Positions 1 through 11,800 of a stretch of 34,449 bases of DNA are shown in pieces. Numbering within the stretch: position 1 is the first letter of the stretch; each line of letters starts with the position of its first letter. Source of the stretch: Parvularia atlantis (lineage: Eukaryota); the NCBI GenBank assembly GCA_943704415.1, contig CALSCO010000903.1, positions 1 through 34,449 on the forward strand, read 5' to 3'. The translations under genes and the position numbers were made by a program. The notes under the pieces were generated by a model. It was not told the DNA's origin. It did not search any database and saw only the letters and a program-made list of their open reading frames with translations.

Positions 1-1440
1 TCGTCCTCGATCACCACCACCCCCTGGTGCGTGTCGCGCCACGCCTGCATGTGCCGCTCGACGTGATTGTTGATCGCCTTGCGCACCTCCTCCAGGATCT
101 CCTTGCTCGGCACGGCTGTCCACTCGTCCGGCACGTCCACGCGCACGTTGCTCGTTGTGGTGCGCGCCGTGATCTGGAAGTCGACGGTACAGATGATCGT
201 GAACACCAGGTCGCGTTCATGAACGGCGGCGACAGAGCGGTCGCGCAGCGCCAAGATCTTCGACACGGTCGTCGCTGCGTGCGCGAGTGAGTCGACGCCG
301 CGCGCATTAGTGTGCGGGGTTCGTCGTGTGTAGTTTTGCGCGTACTGCCGTTGAAGAAGCGCGCGTCCGGCAGAGCATGATCAACTTGAGTCGCGCGCGA
401 GGCAGCAACGGCGTCTGCAACGAGCGGCGCCATCAGTTTCAAGCCTGTACCCGGCGGTCGGCATCCAGCGCACCATCATCGCCGCGCTTGCGCTTCTGCG
501 TGGCGCGAGAAGGCACGTTTGCGGGCTCAGTGGCCTGTCGCTTTTTGCCTGTGGCTGATGTGCGGCGTCGTCAGCTTTCAGCATCGCCGATCAACGAGCT
601 CTCGCCGGTCACCCTCAGCTTTCTGCTGCTTCCGCTGGGCGTCGGCCTCCTTGTTCCACGACTCCTGGCGCGAGCCCACGGGAGGGCGGCCAGTCGGCGA
701 CACGAGCAGCGGGTTGCGGATGAACGTCTCGGCTGCGATCGCGCCGGCGGTCGTGCGTCGTCAGTGCGGAGCGTGTACGCCGGCCATGTACGCCGCGACG
801 TACTGATGCCGCTGTCATCCTGTCCGTTCGCTGACAGTTCCGACGTGATCTGCGGGGCTGGACGGCGCGCACGTCAAGCAATTTGTGCACATGACCGAGA
901 CCAGCGCGCACTTGTGCCGGACGACGATTTTGCATTGGACTTGCGCCGGCTCGAACCCTTGCTGGTGCCTGCATCGGTGCGTTGGCATCAGCTGCGCCGC
1001 GGGGACAAACACGCTCACGTACCGTTGTACGTCAGGACACGGTCAAGCGTGCCGTTCAGCTCGCGGCTCACAAGCTTGAACAGTGCCACGGAGCGGCTGC
1101 CGCACCGGATCACCTGGCCGGCGAGCTTCTTGAGGTCCTCGAAGCGGCCCAACTCGGTCGGCGGCATTAGCACTGACAGGTCCTTGTCGCGGTCGGCAGT
1201 GGCAGCGGTGGCCCGGGCAGGAGCAGCGGCAGGAGCAGCGGCAGCTGAGGGCACGTCGCCCGGTGCGTGTTGGAGCAGCCAGCGCGCGTTTACGTCGCTG
1301 AGCGTGGCGACTGGCACGCGCGGCTGCTGCGCGTGCCGCCAGGCCATCACGTGTCGGCACGGGAGGCCGTGTTGCATGCGGTACGTGCACGTGCACGCGC
1401 CCGCCTTGATGATCACAGTGCGACAACACACACACGCGCA
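1..1440 (-). CDS. Mutator (MULE)/FAR1-type SWIM zinc-finger protein, C-terminal half only; runs off the left window edge; 5' end unresolved
   Basis: SWIM motif RTVIIKAGACTCTYRMQHGLPCRH (CxC-x7-PCxH type) is followed by the FAR1-like helix RFEDLKKLAGQVIRCGSRS. After splicing comes IRNPLLVSPTGRPP...RQES, resembling the MULE/FAR1 'DP..v.tKGRP...R.kS' motif. Six GT-AG introns (first 969-1022) splice into one open frame to the window edge. No DDE core and no ATG before the SWIM cysteines. Confidence 0.7.
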
Positions 1441-2442
1441 TCACTTGGGCAGCAGGCGAGCGGGGATGGCCGCGCGGCAGACGGGGCACGACGCGTCGCG
1501 CTGCACCCAGCCGCGGATGCACACGACGTGGAACCGGTGCGAGCACGGGCTGATGTACCGCGCGAACCGCCCGGGCGAGAGGCACATGGCGCAGGCCTCG
1601 GCGTTGGTGCGCACGGCGGGCATGACAAAGACCCTGTGGGCGTAGCGCGTAGCAGCGGTGCGCGGTGAGCGGTTTGCGCGGCACCAGGCCGGGGCGGGGC
1701 GCACGTGTTGCGGTCGATGATGGTCATGTGCGCGAGGCCCTTGCGCTCGTCCAGGAACTCGTACAGCGAGCGGTAGTTGCCGGCGGGCAGTACGCGCAGC
1801 GAATGCTGCAGCTCGCGCTCGAGGCTGCCCAGGAGCATGCCATCGGCGGCGCTTGCGGGGTCCAGCACGATCTCGACCAGCTCCTCGAGCTCTTCCAGGC
1901 TGCGCGCGACCATGCGCCGGCGTCCGCTCACGTCCTGCTGTGGTGGTGGGGCGTGCTGGTGTCCGTGCTGGTGTCCGTGCTGGTGCTGGTGGCCGGCCTG
2001 CGGCTGCGCAGTGAACGGCGACCGGCCGGACGCAGGGCTGTTGCTGCTCCTGAACCGGCCCAAGATGTCCTCAAAAAAGATGCCCGACCACGGCGCCTGC
2101 GTCGCCCTCGGCGGCGTCGACTGCTGCTGCAGCGGCGCCGGCTGCAGCGGCTCTTTGATGATCGCGACGACGACCACGCGCCCGCGCTGCAGCGTCCAGC
2201 AGCAGCCCTCGTGGTCCTCCACAAAGTCGACTTCGCTGTTGTAGCTTGCACGTAGGCCGAAACGCGTCAGATGTCACTGATCGCCCGTGCGGCGCGCACC
2301 CAAAGTCGACGATGCTGTAGCCGCGCCGGCGCAGCGCCTCGACCAGCACCGTCAGCTCGAGCGCCGCTCGCGGCTCGTCGCGCAGCAACCGCTTCGCGAG
2401 CCGCACGAAGGACGCGGTGCAGTCGAGGTGGACCGGGTCCAT
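1441..2442 (-). CDS. Tandem LOTUS/OST-HTH domain + C-terminal RING-H2 protein (putative RNA-associated E3 ubiquitin ligase)
   Basis: ATG at 2442, introns 2245-2299 and 1634-1704, TGA at 1441-1443. The spliced protein has two LOTUS-like cores (LTVLVEALRRRGYSIVDFGYNSEVDFV and GMLLGSLERELQ...AGNYRSLYEFL), a Q/H/P-rich linker, and RING-H2 CAMC...PCSHRFHVVCIRGW...CPVCR. Confidence 0.75.
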
Positions 2443-2476
2443 ATATATGGAACATTAACTATTCTGACACACGGCC
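2443..2476. promoter_or_regulatory. 34-nt AT-rich bidirectional promoter/5' region between the LOTUS-RING gene and EMC1
   Basis: Only 34 nt separate the two divergent ATGs. It is an AT-rich island in GC-rich DNA, with the palindrome CCATATATATGG at 2439-2450. Confidence 0.55.
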
Positions 2477-5400
2477 ATGCTGCGTGTCGTTGTGGCCCTT
2501 GCGGCGCTCGTGGCCGGCGCGCGCGCGCTGTACGCGGACCAGGCGGGCGTGTACGACTGGTGCGTGTGCTTGCCGTGTGCGTGCGTGCGCACGTGCGTCG
2601 TGGCTCACCCGCGCGGCCGCACAAAACAGGACGCGCCAGCACGTCGGCGTCGTCAGCACCGCCCAGTTTGCCTCGGCGCACTCACCCGTCGCGCCCAACG
2701 CCCTTCTTGTCGCGTCGCGGCGCAGCGGCGTTGTCGCGGCCGTGAGCGCGACGGCCGGCGGCATCGGTGCGCGGCGCCGTGGTGCTGCTCACGTTCGCGC
2801 TCGCTCACGACGGCCGCGGGGGAAAAAGAGTGGCGCCAGACGTTGCACCCGGACGAGGACATCGTCGCGACGGCGCTGGGCGAGCGCGGTGCGGTGTGCG
2901 GCTGCTGCGGTGGTGCGGGCTGAGCACACGTGCGTGGCAGCCTGGGTGAGCGTCAGCGTGCGCCGCGAGGCGGGCGAGGCGATGGTGCGCGCGTGGAACG
3001 TCGCGACGGGCAAGCTGTTCTGGGAGGCCACCGTGGCGCTGGACGAGGCCACGCTCGGCATGGCGACCATCTCCGGCGACGCGCAGGTGCGCTGCACTTG
3101 CGCGCGATCGGCAGGCGGCTGCTCACGGCGGGTGCAGATCGCGAACGTCGTGGAAGGTGAGGGCGCGCCGCGCCCGACCCTGCTCGTCGCCGTCGGCAGC
3201 ACCGTCGCCGCGCTCGCGATGGAAGGCGGCCGGACCAAGTGGCGCGCCACGACGACACTGACGTGCGCCGCCTGCGCGGATGCGCGGCACGGGCTGACAC
3301 GCGCGCAGTGCCGCCTCGGTGACGCTCTCGTTCGACGACGACACGGCCTTCGCGCTGTACATCGCGGGCCCGAGCGAGGTCGTCGGCTACGAGCGCTTCC
3401 AGCTGGCCGACGGCAAGCAGTCGGCCGTCCTGCTGCCCGGTGCGCACGAGACGCCACGTGTGCGCTCGCAGCCGCTCACGCGACGCATCCGGCCGCAGAC
3501 GTGCAGTCGATGGCGCTTGATGCGGGGAGGGCCATGGGCGTGTCGAGCGGCGAGATCATGTTTATGAACCTGCGCGACGGCACGTATGCCAAAACGGCAA
3601 CGTTTCATGTGCGCTGCGTTGCGGCGTCAAGGCGCGCACGGCCGAGTAACCGCCGCACGCAGGGCTTCGCCGTGTCTGCCGCGAGCGTGGTGCAGCAGCT
3701 GCGGCCAACGCGCAACCGGGGCTACGTTGTCGTGGCCGACGACGAGGCCGGCGTCGCGGCGCTGGTGCACGTCGCGTCCGAGACCGTGCGCACGGTCGTC
3801 AAGGTGCGCTCGCGTGCACGTGTGTATGACGTGGCTGACTCGGTGCGGCGTGCAGGGCAAGCGCGCACAGCCGGTTGTGCTCAGCGCGCACGCGGACCGT
3901 GACCAGCTCGTCCTCTACGCCGCGCAGCTGACCGACCTGCCGCAGCGCCAGACGGGCGTGGCGCAGGTGGCGGTCGCGGTCGTGAGCGAGGGTATGCCAG
4001 CCGAGACGGTGCTAGTGCCCTGGGCGGCGGCCGACGGCGAGTCGACGGGCGTGCACGGCGCGGTGTCGCTGGTGCGCGCGCACACGAGCAGCACCAGCGG
4101 GCGCTGACCGGCTGACTTGTGACGCTCAGGTCGCTGGCCGCAGCCGATCGATTGTGCTCGTGTTTGCGGACGGCGCGACGCTGTGCGGCAAGGTGCCCAG
4201 CGAGAGCTCTGCCGAGGACGTGCAGCTGCGGTGCGGACGCTCAGGCCGGCGCGACATGGAGCGGACGTCTGAACGCGTGTGCGCGGCGTGTCAGCTGGGC
4301 GCGCGACGACTCGCTCGCCGAGGTCGTCCAGGCCGAGTTCATCGAACTGCCGCGCCGCTCGCTGCTGCTGCAGGACGCCGACGTCGAGGAGGGTGCGCGG
4401 CGCACGCTCATCAGCCCATGCACCTGCTGACGAGATGGGCAGAGGTCGAGTTCATCGAGAAGGCCTCGGCCGCGAGCGCGTTTGTGCGTCGCGCGGCGCG
4501 GCACGTCGACGTCCTGCGTGCGCTGTTTGGCCGCGTGAGTGCGGCCGTGCTTGAAGGTGTACACACCGCTGTCCATCGCATGTGCAGCTGATGCACGGCG
4601 TGCAGACGCGGCGGCACTGCTCTCGCCGAGCTGGTGGCTGTCGGCCGCGAGCGCGTCCCGCGACGAGCTCTCGCGCGACCACCTCGGCACGCGCCAGATG
4701 ATCGTTCTGCTGACGGCGACGCACCGCGTCGTGGGCATGTCGACTTGGGACGGCCGTGTGCGCTGGAGGTGCGCCGGTCTCGTCTTGCCCGCACGCACCG
4801 CGGCGTGCCAAAACGCGAGCGTACGCGCGCAGCCGCACCTTTCCGCAGGGCCGCCCGGTCAAGTTTGTGCTGCTCCGCCCGGCCACGACGCACGACCCCG
4901 TCGGCGCCGTCATTCTCAACTCTGACGCCGTGCGTGATCCTGACAGCCGCGGTTGAGCTGACGCCCTGCTGGCGCTTTCAGGGCGGCAGCAACATCCAGT
5001 TCATCGACCCGGTCACGGGCGAGGGCGTGGCCCTGCCGAGCGTGGGCCAGTCCTTGGTGCGTGCATGCAGCCTTCATGCGCACGGATTGAGCAGTGGGCG
5101 CGTCATAGGGGCTCATGGGCTCGGTGCACCTATTCTCGGCCGTCGTGACGACCGCGACCGCCGACCACAGCCACGTGCACCCGCTGCTCTTTGTGGACGA
5201 GCGGTACAACGTGCGTGCGCAACGCGTGCGCGAGGTGTGCGCGCTCACACGTCGCTGCACAGGCCCAAGTCGTGCCGCACGTGCACAAGGTCGCGCTCGA
5301 CGGGCCGCTCCACGTCACCGTCACCGACCGTGACGGCAAGACCGTGCAAGGCCTGCGCATCCTGCAGGTGAGCGGCGGTTTGTCGGTCCGTGGGTGCTGA

Positions 5401-6627
5401 CGCGCACACGCAGACGGACGAGCACACGTTTGTGGTCGAGCCGACGTGGCGCATGGCACTCGACGCGGTCGAGCAGTCGCTGGTCGTTGCGCAGCGCTGG
5501 GCACACGGTGTGCGCGCGGGCGTGCTAGTGGGCGTGTCTGTGCTGATGCGGGAGCAGAGCACGTCCCCTCGATCGGACGCGTGCTCGGCGACCGCCGCGT
5601 GCTGTACAAGTACCTCAACCCGCACCTGCTCGCGATCGCGACCACGCGCCGCACGGCCAAGGGTGCCGACAGCAGTGTGCGCGTGCGCCTGGTTGACGCA
5701 GTCACGGGCGCGGTGCTGCACACGCGGCACCACAACAACGCGGCGGGGCCGATCAACGTCGTCGTGAGCGAGAACTGGGTCGTCTACAGCTTTGTCAACA
5801 CGCGCGAGAAGCACACCGAGGTGGCCGCGCTCGAGCTGTACGAGAGCGACCGGCCGGACGTGCGCATGGACGCGTGCGTGGCGCAGAGAAATGCGCGTGC
5901 CGGCCTGAGCAACGCGCACGCGCGCGCGCGTGCAGGTCGACCATCTTTTCGTCACTCGAGCCGTTTGTGCCGTACGTGGCGGCGCAGTCTTACGTGCTGC
6001 AGACGGGCGTGACGGCGCTGGGTGTGACACAGACGCGCAAGGGCATCACGCGGCGCATGGTGATCTGTGCGTGCGCTGGCTGTTTGCGCGTGCGCTCCCG
6101 TAGCTGAATCGCACGCAGGCGCGCTGTCGTCGCATCAGCTGCTGGGCGTGCCGAAGCGCATGCTCGACCCGCGCCGACCGATGGGCGTGCCGACGGCGGA
6201 GCAGAAGGAGGAGGCGCTCATGCAGTACTCGCCGCTCATCCCGCTCGACCCCAAGGGCGTGCTGAGCTACAACCAAACGGTGCGCGCGCCCCGGGCTCGC
6301 GACCGCCATCGTCGTCTGACCGCGCGCCTCGCCAGGTCGCGCGCGTGCACACGATCGTGTCGGCGCCGGCGCAGCTCGAGTCGAACGCGCTCGTGCTGGC
6401 CGTCGGTGCGTGCTCCCGTAGCGTGTGCATGGACGGCGTTGGCTCAGCGTGCGCGCACAGGCCTTGATCTGTTCTTCGCACGCGTAATGCCCTCGCTCAT
6501 GTTCGACTCGCTCACCGACGAGTTCAACTACGGCACGCTCCTGCTCACACTCGGCGCGCTCACTGTGGCCACGGCCGTCACGGCCGTGCTCGCGCGGAGA
6601 AAAACGCTGGACGAGCGCTGGAAGTGA
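2477..6627 (+). CDS. EMC1: ER membrane protein complex subunit 1 (>20 short introns)
   Basis: Signal peptide followed by LYADQAGVYDW (EMC1 N-terminal motif) and beta-propeller-like exons. Also SIGRVLGDRRVLYKYLNPHL, VSENWVVYSF, LDPRRP, GLDLFFARVMPSLMFDSL, a C-terminal TM helix and ...RRKTLDERWK*. Confidence 0.96.
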
Positions 6628-6784
6628 GCGCGCGCCTTGATTTTTGTGTGTGTGTGCGGGCCCGCACGACGCGCGCGCGCAGTCAGTGCAGTGCGTGGTG
6701 CATGCCACAAGAAAGAACGAAGAAAGACATGTGCGGGAAGGCGGCAATGAGCAGGCTGGCAGGAAACAAATAAGCGCAGGCAGG

Positions 6785-6901
6785 TCAGTCGGAGCACCAC
6801 ACCTCCATCTTGCCGCTGTGCGCGTCCGATGCTATCAAGGCCATGTGCAGGTCCTCCTGGTCCGCCAGCAGGACCAAGTCGCTGTCCTCGTCCTGTGTGT
6901 G

Positions 6902-6981
<80 letters not shown>

Positions 6982-8717
6982 CGTGCACCGCGAGGGCCGT
7001 GCGTTGTCGCGAGCACCTTGTACTTGATCGTGAACGAGGCGTTGTCAAACTTGTCCTTGACGCGCCGCAGGAACTCGAGCCCGGTGATGTCGGGCTCGAT
7101 CAAGACGATGCGCGTGTCCTTGTAGTGGCACTTGACCTTGATCTGCTGCAGCGGCTCAGCACGCGCGTGACTTTCCCAACGCACACGCACCTTGCCGCCG
7201 CCGGTCCCGCCGCCGCTGCCGCCGCTGAGCGCGAGCGAGGAGGACGATGCGCTCGCGAGCGACGCCGACGACGAGCCGCCCGCCATGGGCGACGAGCGCG
7301 TGGCCAAAGGTGGTGCGGGCGCGGGCGCGATCGGCCCCGGCGCAGGCTTCTGGGACGCGCGCGCGTCAGCCGGCAGGACCGACGCAAAGCCACGCTGCAC
7401 CGCGCACCGGGCGGCTCTGCTGCGGCGGCGGCGGGGCGGGCCGCGAGGCGTACGACGTCGCGCCCTGCGCAGGCCGCGACGCCGGTGGCTCGGGCGCGCT
7501 CGCGGGTGGTGGCGCGGCCGGTGCTGCCGGTGCGGCGCGCGGCGGCGGGGCGCGCTATCGCACGGCGGTCAGCCACGGCGAAACAACGGCATGCGTGCGC
7601 GCGCACCGGCTCTTCGCCAGACCCGCGCCCCTGCATCTCCTGCGATCGCGCGACGCGTCAGCGGTGGCGCGAAGCCGAGGGCGCGGCGCGTGCGCGGAGC
7701 ACCTTGCGGATCTGCGCGTCTTTGAAGCCGACGTACTGGTCCTGGTTGTCGGTTGAGGCGACGACGCGCGCCCCGTCGCGCTTGATGTAGTCGACCTTCC
7801 CACTCATGTTAGGCTTGCTCGCCAGTGAGGGCGCGCGCACCTTTTGCGCGTTCTTGAGCTTCTGCTCGGGCGGGCGGTAAATCGCGTTCTTCGGGCAGAC
7901 AAAGGGCGCGTCGAAGCGGCGGTTGCGCATGGCCTGGTCGATGATGTCGTGCGACTTGTCCATCTTGGCCTGGCTGGCCTGCGCGACGTGTGAACGGCGC
8001 CGTGCGACCGGTCGAGCGCGCCCGCGCACACCATCGCCAGGTCCTCGAACGCCTGCTGCTGGCGGTTCATGAGGAACTGGACCATGCCGCGGTTGAACAT
8101 GATCTCGGCGTAGTACAGCTTGACGTCCATCCCGAGCTGTTTGTAGTCGATCAGCGCGTTGCCGCGCATGTACTGCGCGGGCGTGCGGGGCGCGGTGAGC
8201 CGTCGCGGCAGGCAGCCCCGAGCACGTCGCAGCGCACGTTGGCCGCGTTGTCGTAGTCCTGCAGCGCCTTGCCATAGCCCTTGACCTGGATCTGGTAGTA
8301 GCCGCGCATGAAGTACGCCACGGCCAGGAACTTGTCGGCGCGGACGGCGCTCGTGAACGCCTCGATCTGCGCGCTGCGCCGTGAGCACAATGCGGCCTGG
8401 CCCCCCTCCCCGTGCACGCGGCCGCGCACCGCCTCCTTGACCTGGTTCATCGCGCCGTAGGCCATCCCCTTGTTGAAAAAGATGCGCGCGCCGACCGACG
8501 CGGTGATTTTCTGCAGCCCCGCGACGCGCTCAGCGTCACGCCAGCAGCAGCAGCAGCCGCACGACGCACGTCGAACGCGGCGACGGCGCCGCGGAAGTCG
8601 CCCGCGTCGAAGGCCTTGACGCCGTCGCTCCAGTCGAGCAGATCCTCCTGCAGGGACGCGGCGCACTCAGCGTCCACGGTGCGTGCGCGCGCGTGCCCAC
8701 CACACCCGGCTCGACAT
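6785..8717 (-). CDS. noxR: NADPH oxidase regulator NoxR / p67phox (NCF2)-like: TPR repeats, activation segment, Pro-rich linker, PB1; no SH3
   Basis: Spliced MSSR|EDLLDWSDGVKAFDAGD, ARIFFNKG, DKFLAVAYFMRG, YMRGNALIDYKQLG...EIMFNRG and IYRPPEQKLKNAQKVDY...ARVVAS. PB1 reads IKVKCHYKDTR...IKYK|DEDSDLVLLADQEDL. Stop at 6785-6787. Confidence 0.93.
6894..6979. repeat. (TG)~43 microsatellite inside the last noxR intron (6893-7016)
   Basis: 86-nt TG dinucleotide run with one interruption at 6908. Confidence 0.97.
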
Positions 8718-8807
8718 GGCGGCTCCGCGCAAGTGCACTGCGAGCCCGCCGTAGCTCGTGCTTTGCTGCGCGGCCACGCTGCCTCGCGCCGCTCTGGGAA
8801 CGCAGGA
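8718..8807. promoter_or_regulatory. 90-nt bidirectional promoter region shared by noxR and the ABCC gene
   Basis: Divergent ATGs at 8717 (-) and 8808 (+). Confidence 0.5.
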
Positions 8808-11800
8808 ATGGTCGATGCCTTCTGCGAGCCGAGCCGCTGGGTGCGCGCTTGTCCCCCCCCCCCCCCCCCCTTGTGCGCGCGCGTGCTCGTTAAGCGCGCA
8901 CCCGCGCAGGGGCCGATGGAGCTGCCCCGCCCCGTGCCGATCGGCGGCGACCCGGACGTGGGCGACTTCACGCCGTGCTTCGAGGAGCTGTGCGCACGAT
9001 TGCGGCCCCGCGTGGCCACGTTGATCGGGCGTGCTGAGGCGAGGCGCGCGGCGCAGGATCATCGTCGCCGTCATCCCGGCCGGCATCCTGCTCCTCGCCG
9101 TGCTCGCCAGCCTGCGCCGCTTCTGCTCGCGCCTACCCGCCGTGCCCGGCGGCCCCGGCGAGCGCCAGCCGCTGCTCCAGGCGCCGCTCAAGCCTGTGCT
9201 GCAGCCGCGCGACGCCGCCTTCTACCGCTTCCGCTGGGTGTTTGCGGCCAAGCTGCTGCTGCACGCCCTCGTCACGGTCGCGCTCCTGGTCAAGGTGCGT
9301 GTGCGCGCGCGCAGAGCTGTCTGTGGACGCTCAACCCCGTGTGCAGCTGTGCCTACTGCTTGCGGCCACGGGCGGCGCGCTGTACGAGCTCGTATCGACG
9401 TCGATCTGCGTCTTCAGCTGGGTGCGTGCCGCTGCACGTGCGCCGCGTGAGCGCCTGACGCGCCATGCAGTGCGTGGGCATCATCCTGTCGATCATGGAG
9501 TTCCGTCGCGGCCTGCCCACAGCGCCGGCCCTTGTCACGTTCTACCTCGCGTGCATCCTCGCGGGCACGATCAAGCTGCGCACGGTCCTGCGCGCGGTGC
9601 GCGGCGGCGGCAGCTGCTGCCGATCGCCGAGGTGCTGACCGCCGCACGTTCGCGCACATCAGGGCGTCGAGTACGACGCAGGGGAGTTTCTGTTCTTCCT
9701 GCAGTACGCGCTCTACTTCCTCATCCTGGCCGTGGGCATGTTTGCGCCGTCGCGCTCGGGCCAGTACGACGAGGTGCGCGCGCGCGCGGGTACAAGCGCA
9801 TGCGGCCCTGAACGAGTGGGGGCAGGACGGCAACGTCGTCCCGCCCGAGAACCGCATCAGCTGGATCTCCAAGCTGACGTACTGGTGGATCAGCCCGCTG
9901 GTGTGTACGCCGGTGCTGCGCGAGTGGGCATGCTTCTTAGCCGCGCGCGCGTGTTGCCCCACCAGCTCCGCCGCGGCCGCGAGCGCACGCTTTTCATCCA
10001 CGACACGGCGCTCATCACCGACAACGACCGTAGCGCCAAAGTGCGCGAGCTGGTCGAGAAGGTGCCGCACGCCGTGTACCGCTGCCGTGACTGATGCTGC
10101 GTGGCGCGCGCGCAGCACCTGGTCGAGCAGGCCGCCGCCGGCCAGCCGCTCTCGCTCCGGCGGCTCGTGGTCAGCCTCATGGGCTACACCTTCCTGACGC
10201 AGGCCATGTGCACGCTCCTGTCGACCGCGTCGCTCTTCCTCGGCCCGTTTTGCATGGTGTGCGACCGCCCGCGTGGCGCGCCGGCGCGGTTGAGCGGGGC
10301 CCACCGCAGTACTACATGATCAAATACATCGGCGGCGAGTACCTCGCGCCCGAGCTCGTCGCAGCGTATCTGCTGGGGCTGCTCGTGGGCCCGCTGCTCA
10401 TGTCGGTGCTGGACCAGCTGTTCATGCACCAGGTGCGTGCGAGCGTACGTGAGCATGGCGCGGCAATCGGTGACCGGCGCGTCCCAGGGCGTGCGAATCG
10501 GCATGAAGCTGCGCGCGGGCCTCATCCACGCCATCGTCCAGAAGACCACGCGCCTGTCGCTCACCGCGGTCGACATGCTGGGGCAGCGCACGCTCGCGTC
10601 GTTGATCGAGGTCGGCGTGCGCCGTACGACCGCGACCAAGGCTCACGCGACGCGCCGCAGACGGACGCCGAACGCCTGCGCGATCTGCCGTTGTACCTGC
10701 ATCGCATCTGGTCGGCGCCGCTGGCCGTCGTCGGCTCGCTGCTCTTCCTGATCAACTTCCTCAACCTCGCGGCCGTGACAGGCTTTGGGTGCGCGCTGCG
10801 CCGCCAGCTGTAGCAGGGCTCACACAACGGCGGCGATGCGCAGGCTCATGGCGCTGATGATCCCGATCAACGTGCTCATCTCGCGCGCGAGCTCGCGCCT
10901 GCAGAACCAGCTACTGAATGAGACGGACAAGCGCGTACAGAGCTTTGCCGAGGTCGTTAAGGCGATGCAGGCCGTGAAGGTGGCCGTGCCGTGCGCGCGC
11001 GTGCGCGGCGATCAGCGCTTGACGTCGTCGTCCGCGGGACAGATGCTCTCGCTCGAGAACTTTTTCCGCTGGCGCCTGTCGCAGAAGCGCGGCGAAGAGC
11101 TGTGCCTGCTCAAGCGCTACGTCTACTTCCAGTCGCTCTCGTTTCTGCTCTGGCAGGGCATGCCGGTGCTCGTCGCGGTGCTAACCTTTGGCTTCTACGC
11201 GCTGGTGCGTGCGCATGTGCGCACCCCTTGCGTCTGAGCGGACGGCACGGCCAGGTGCTCAACGACGAGCTCGCCCTCGACCCTGCTGTGGTCTTCGTCT
11301 CGCTCACGCTCTTCCAGTTGATCAAGATGCCGCTGCACCTCATGCCGATTATCATCAGCAAAGTGCGCGAGGGCGCGGTGTCGCTGCACCGCATCGAGGA
11401 GTGCGTGGCCCCCGTGCTGCCCTGTGGGGATAGATGCTCATCCCGGCCGCGCAGGTTCCTGTGCTACAGCGAGGAGATCCCGCCGCAGGAGCACACGCCC
11501 GACCGCACCTCGTTCGTGTCGATCAAGGAGGTGGGCGGGCCAGCGCCTCCGCCCGGGCGGCTGCTGACCGAGCGATGCGCGCGCAGGGCGGCTTCAAGTG
11601 GGACAACTACGACGCCGACCTCGTCCTGCGCTTTGTCAACGTCGACTGCCGCCCGCAGCAGATGACCATCATCGTGGGGCCGCGCGGCAGCGGCAAGACG
11701 TCGCTGCTGCACGCGATCCTTGGCGGTGCGGCTGCGCTCCTTTGTGCGCGTAGCGGTGCTGAGCGGCGCGCGCGCGCGCAGAGATGTACCTGGCCGCAGG

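Noticed and set aside
1..1440. Intact autonomous Mutator transposon
   Set aside because: No DDE catalytic domain, terminal inverted repeat or target-site duplication is visible in the window.
326..1645. 439-aa plus-strand ORF and the many other long Arg/Ala-rich ORFs in the track
   Set aside because: These are antisense or off-frame shadows of spliced genes in very GC-rich DNA and carry no recognisable motifs.
6894..6979. Poly-(His-Thr) or poly-(Cys-Val) metal-binding protein
   Set aside because: Translation artefact of an intronic TG microsatellite.
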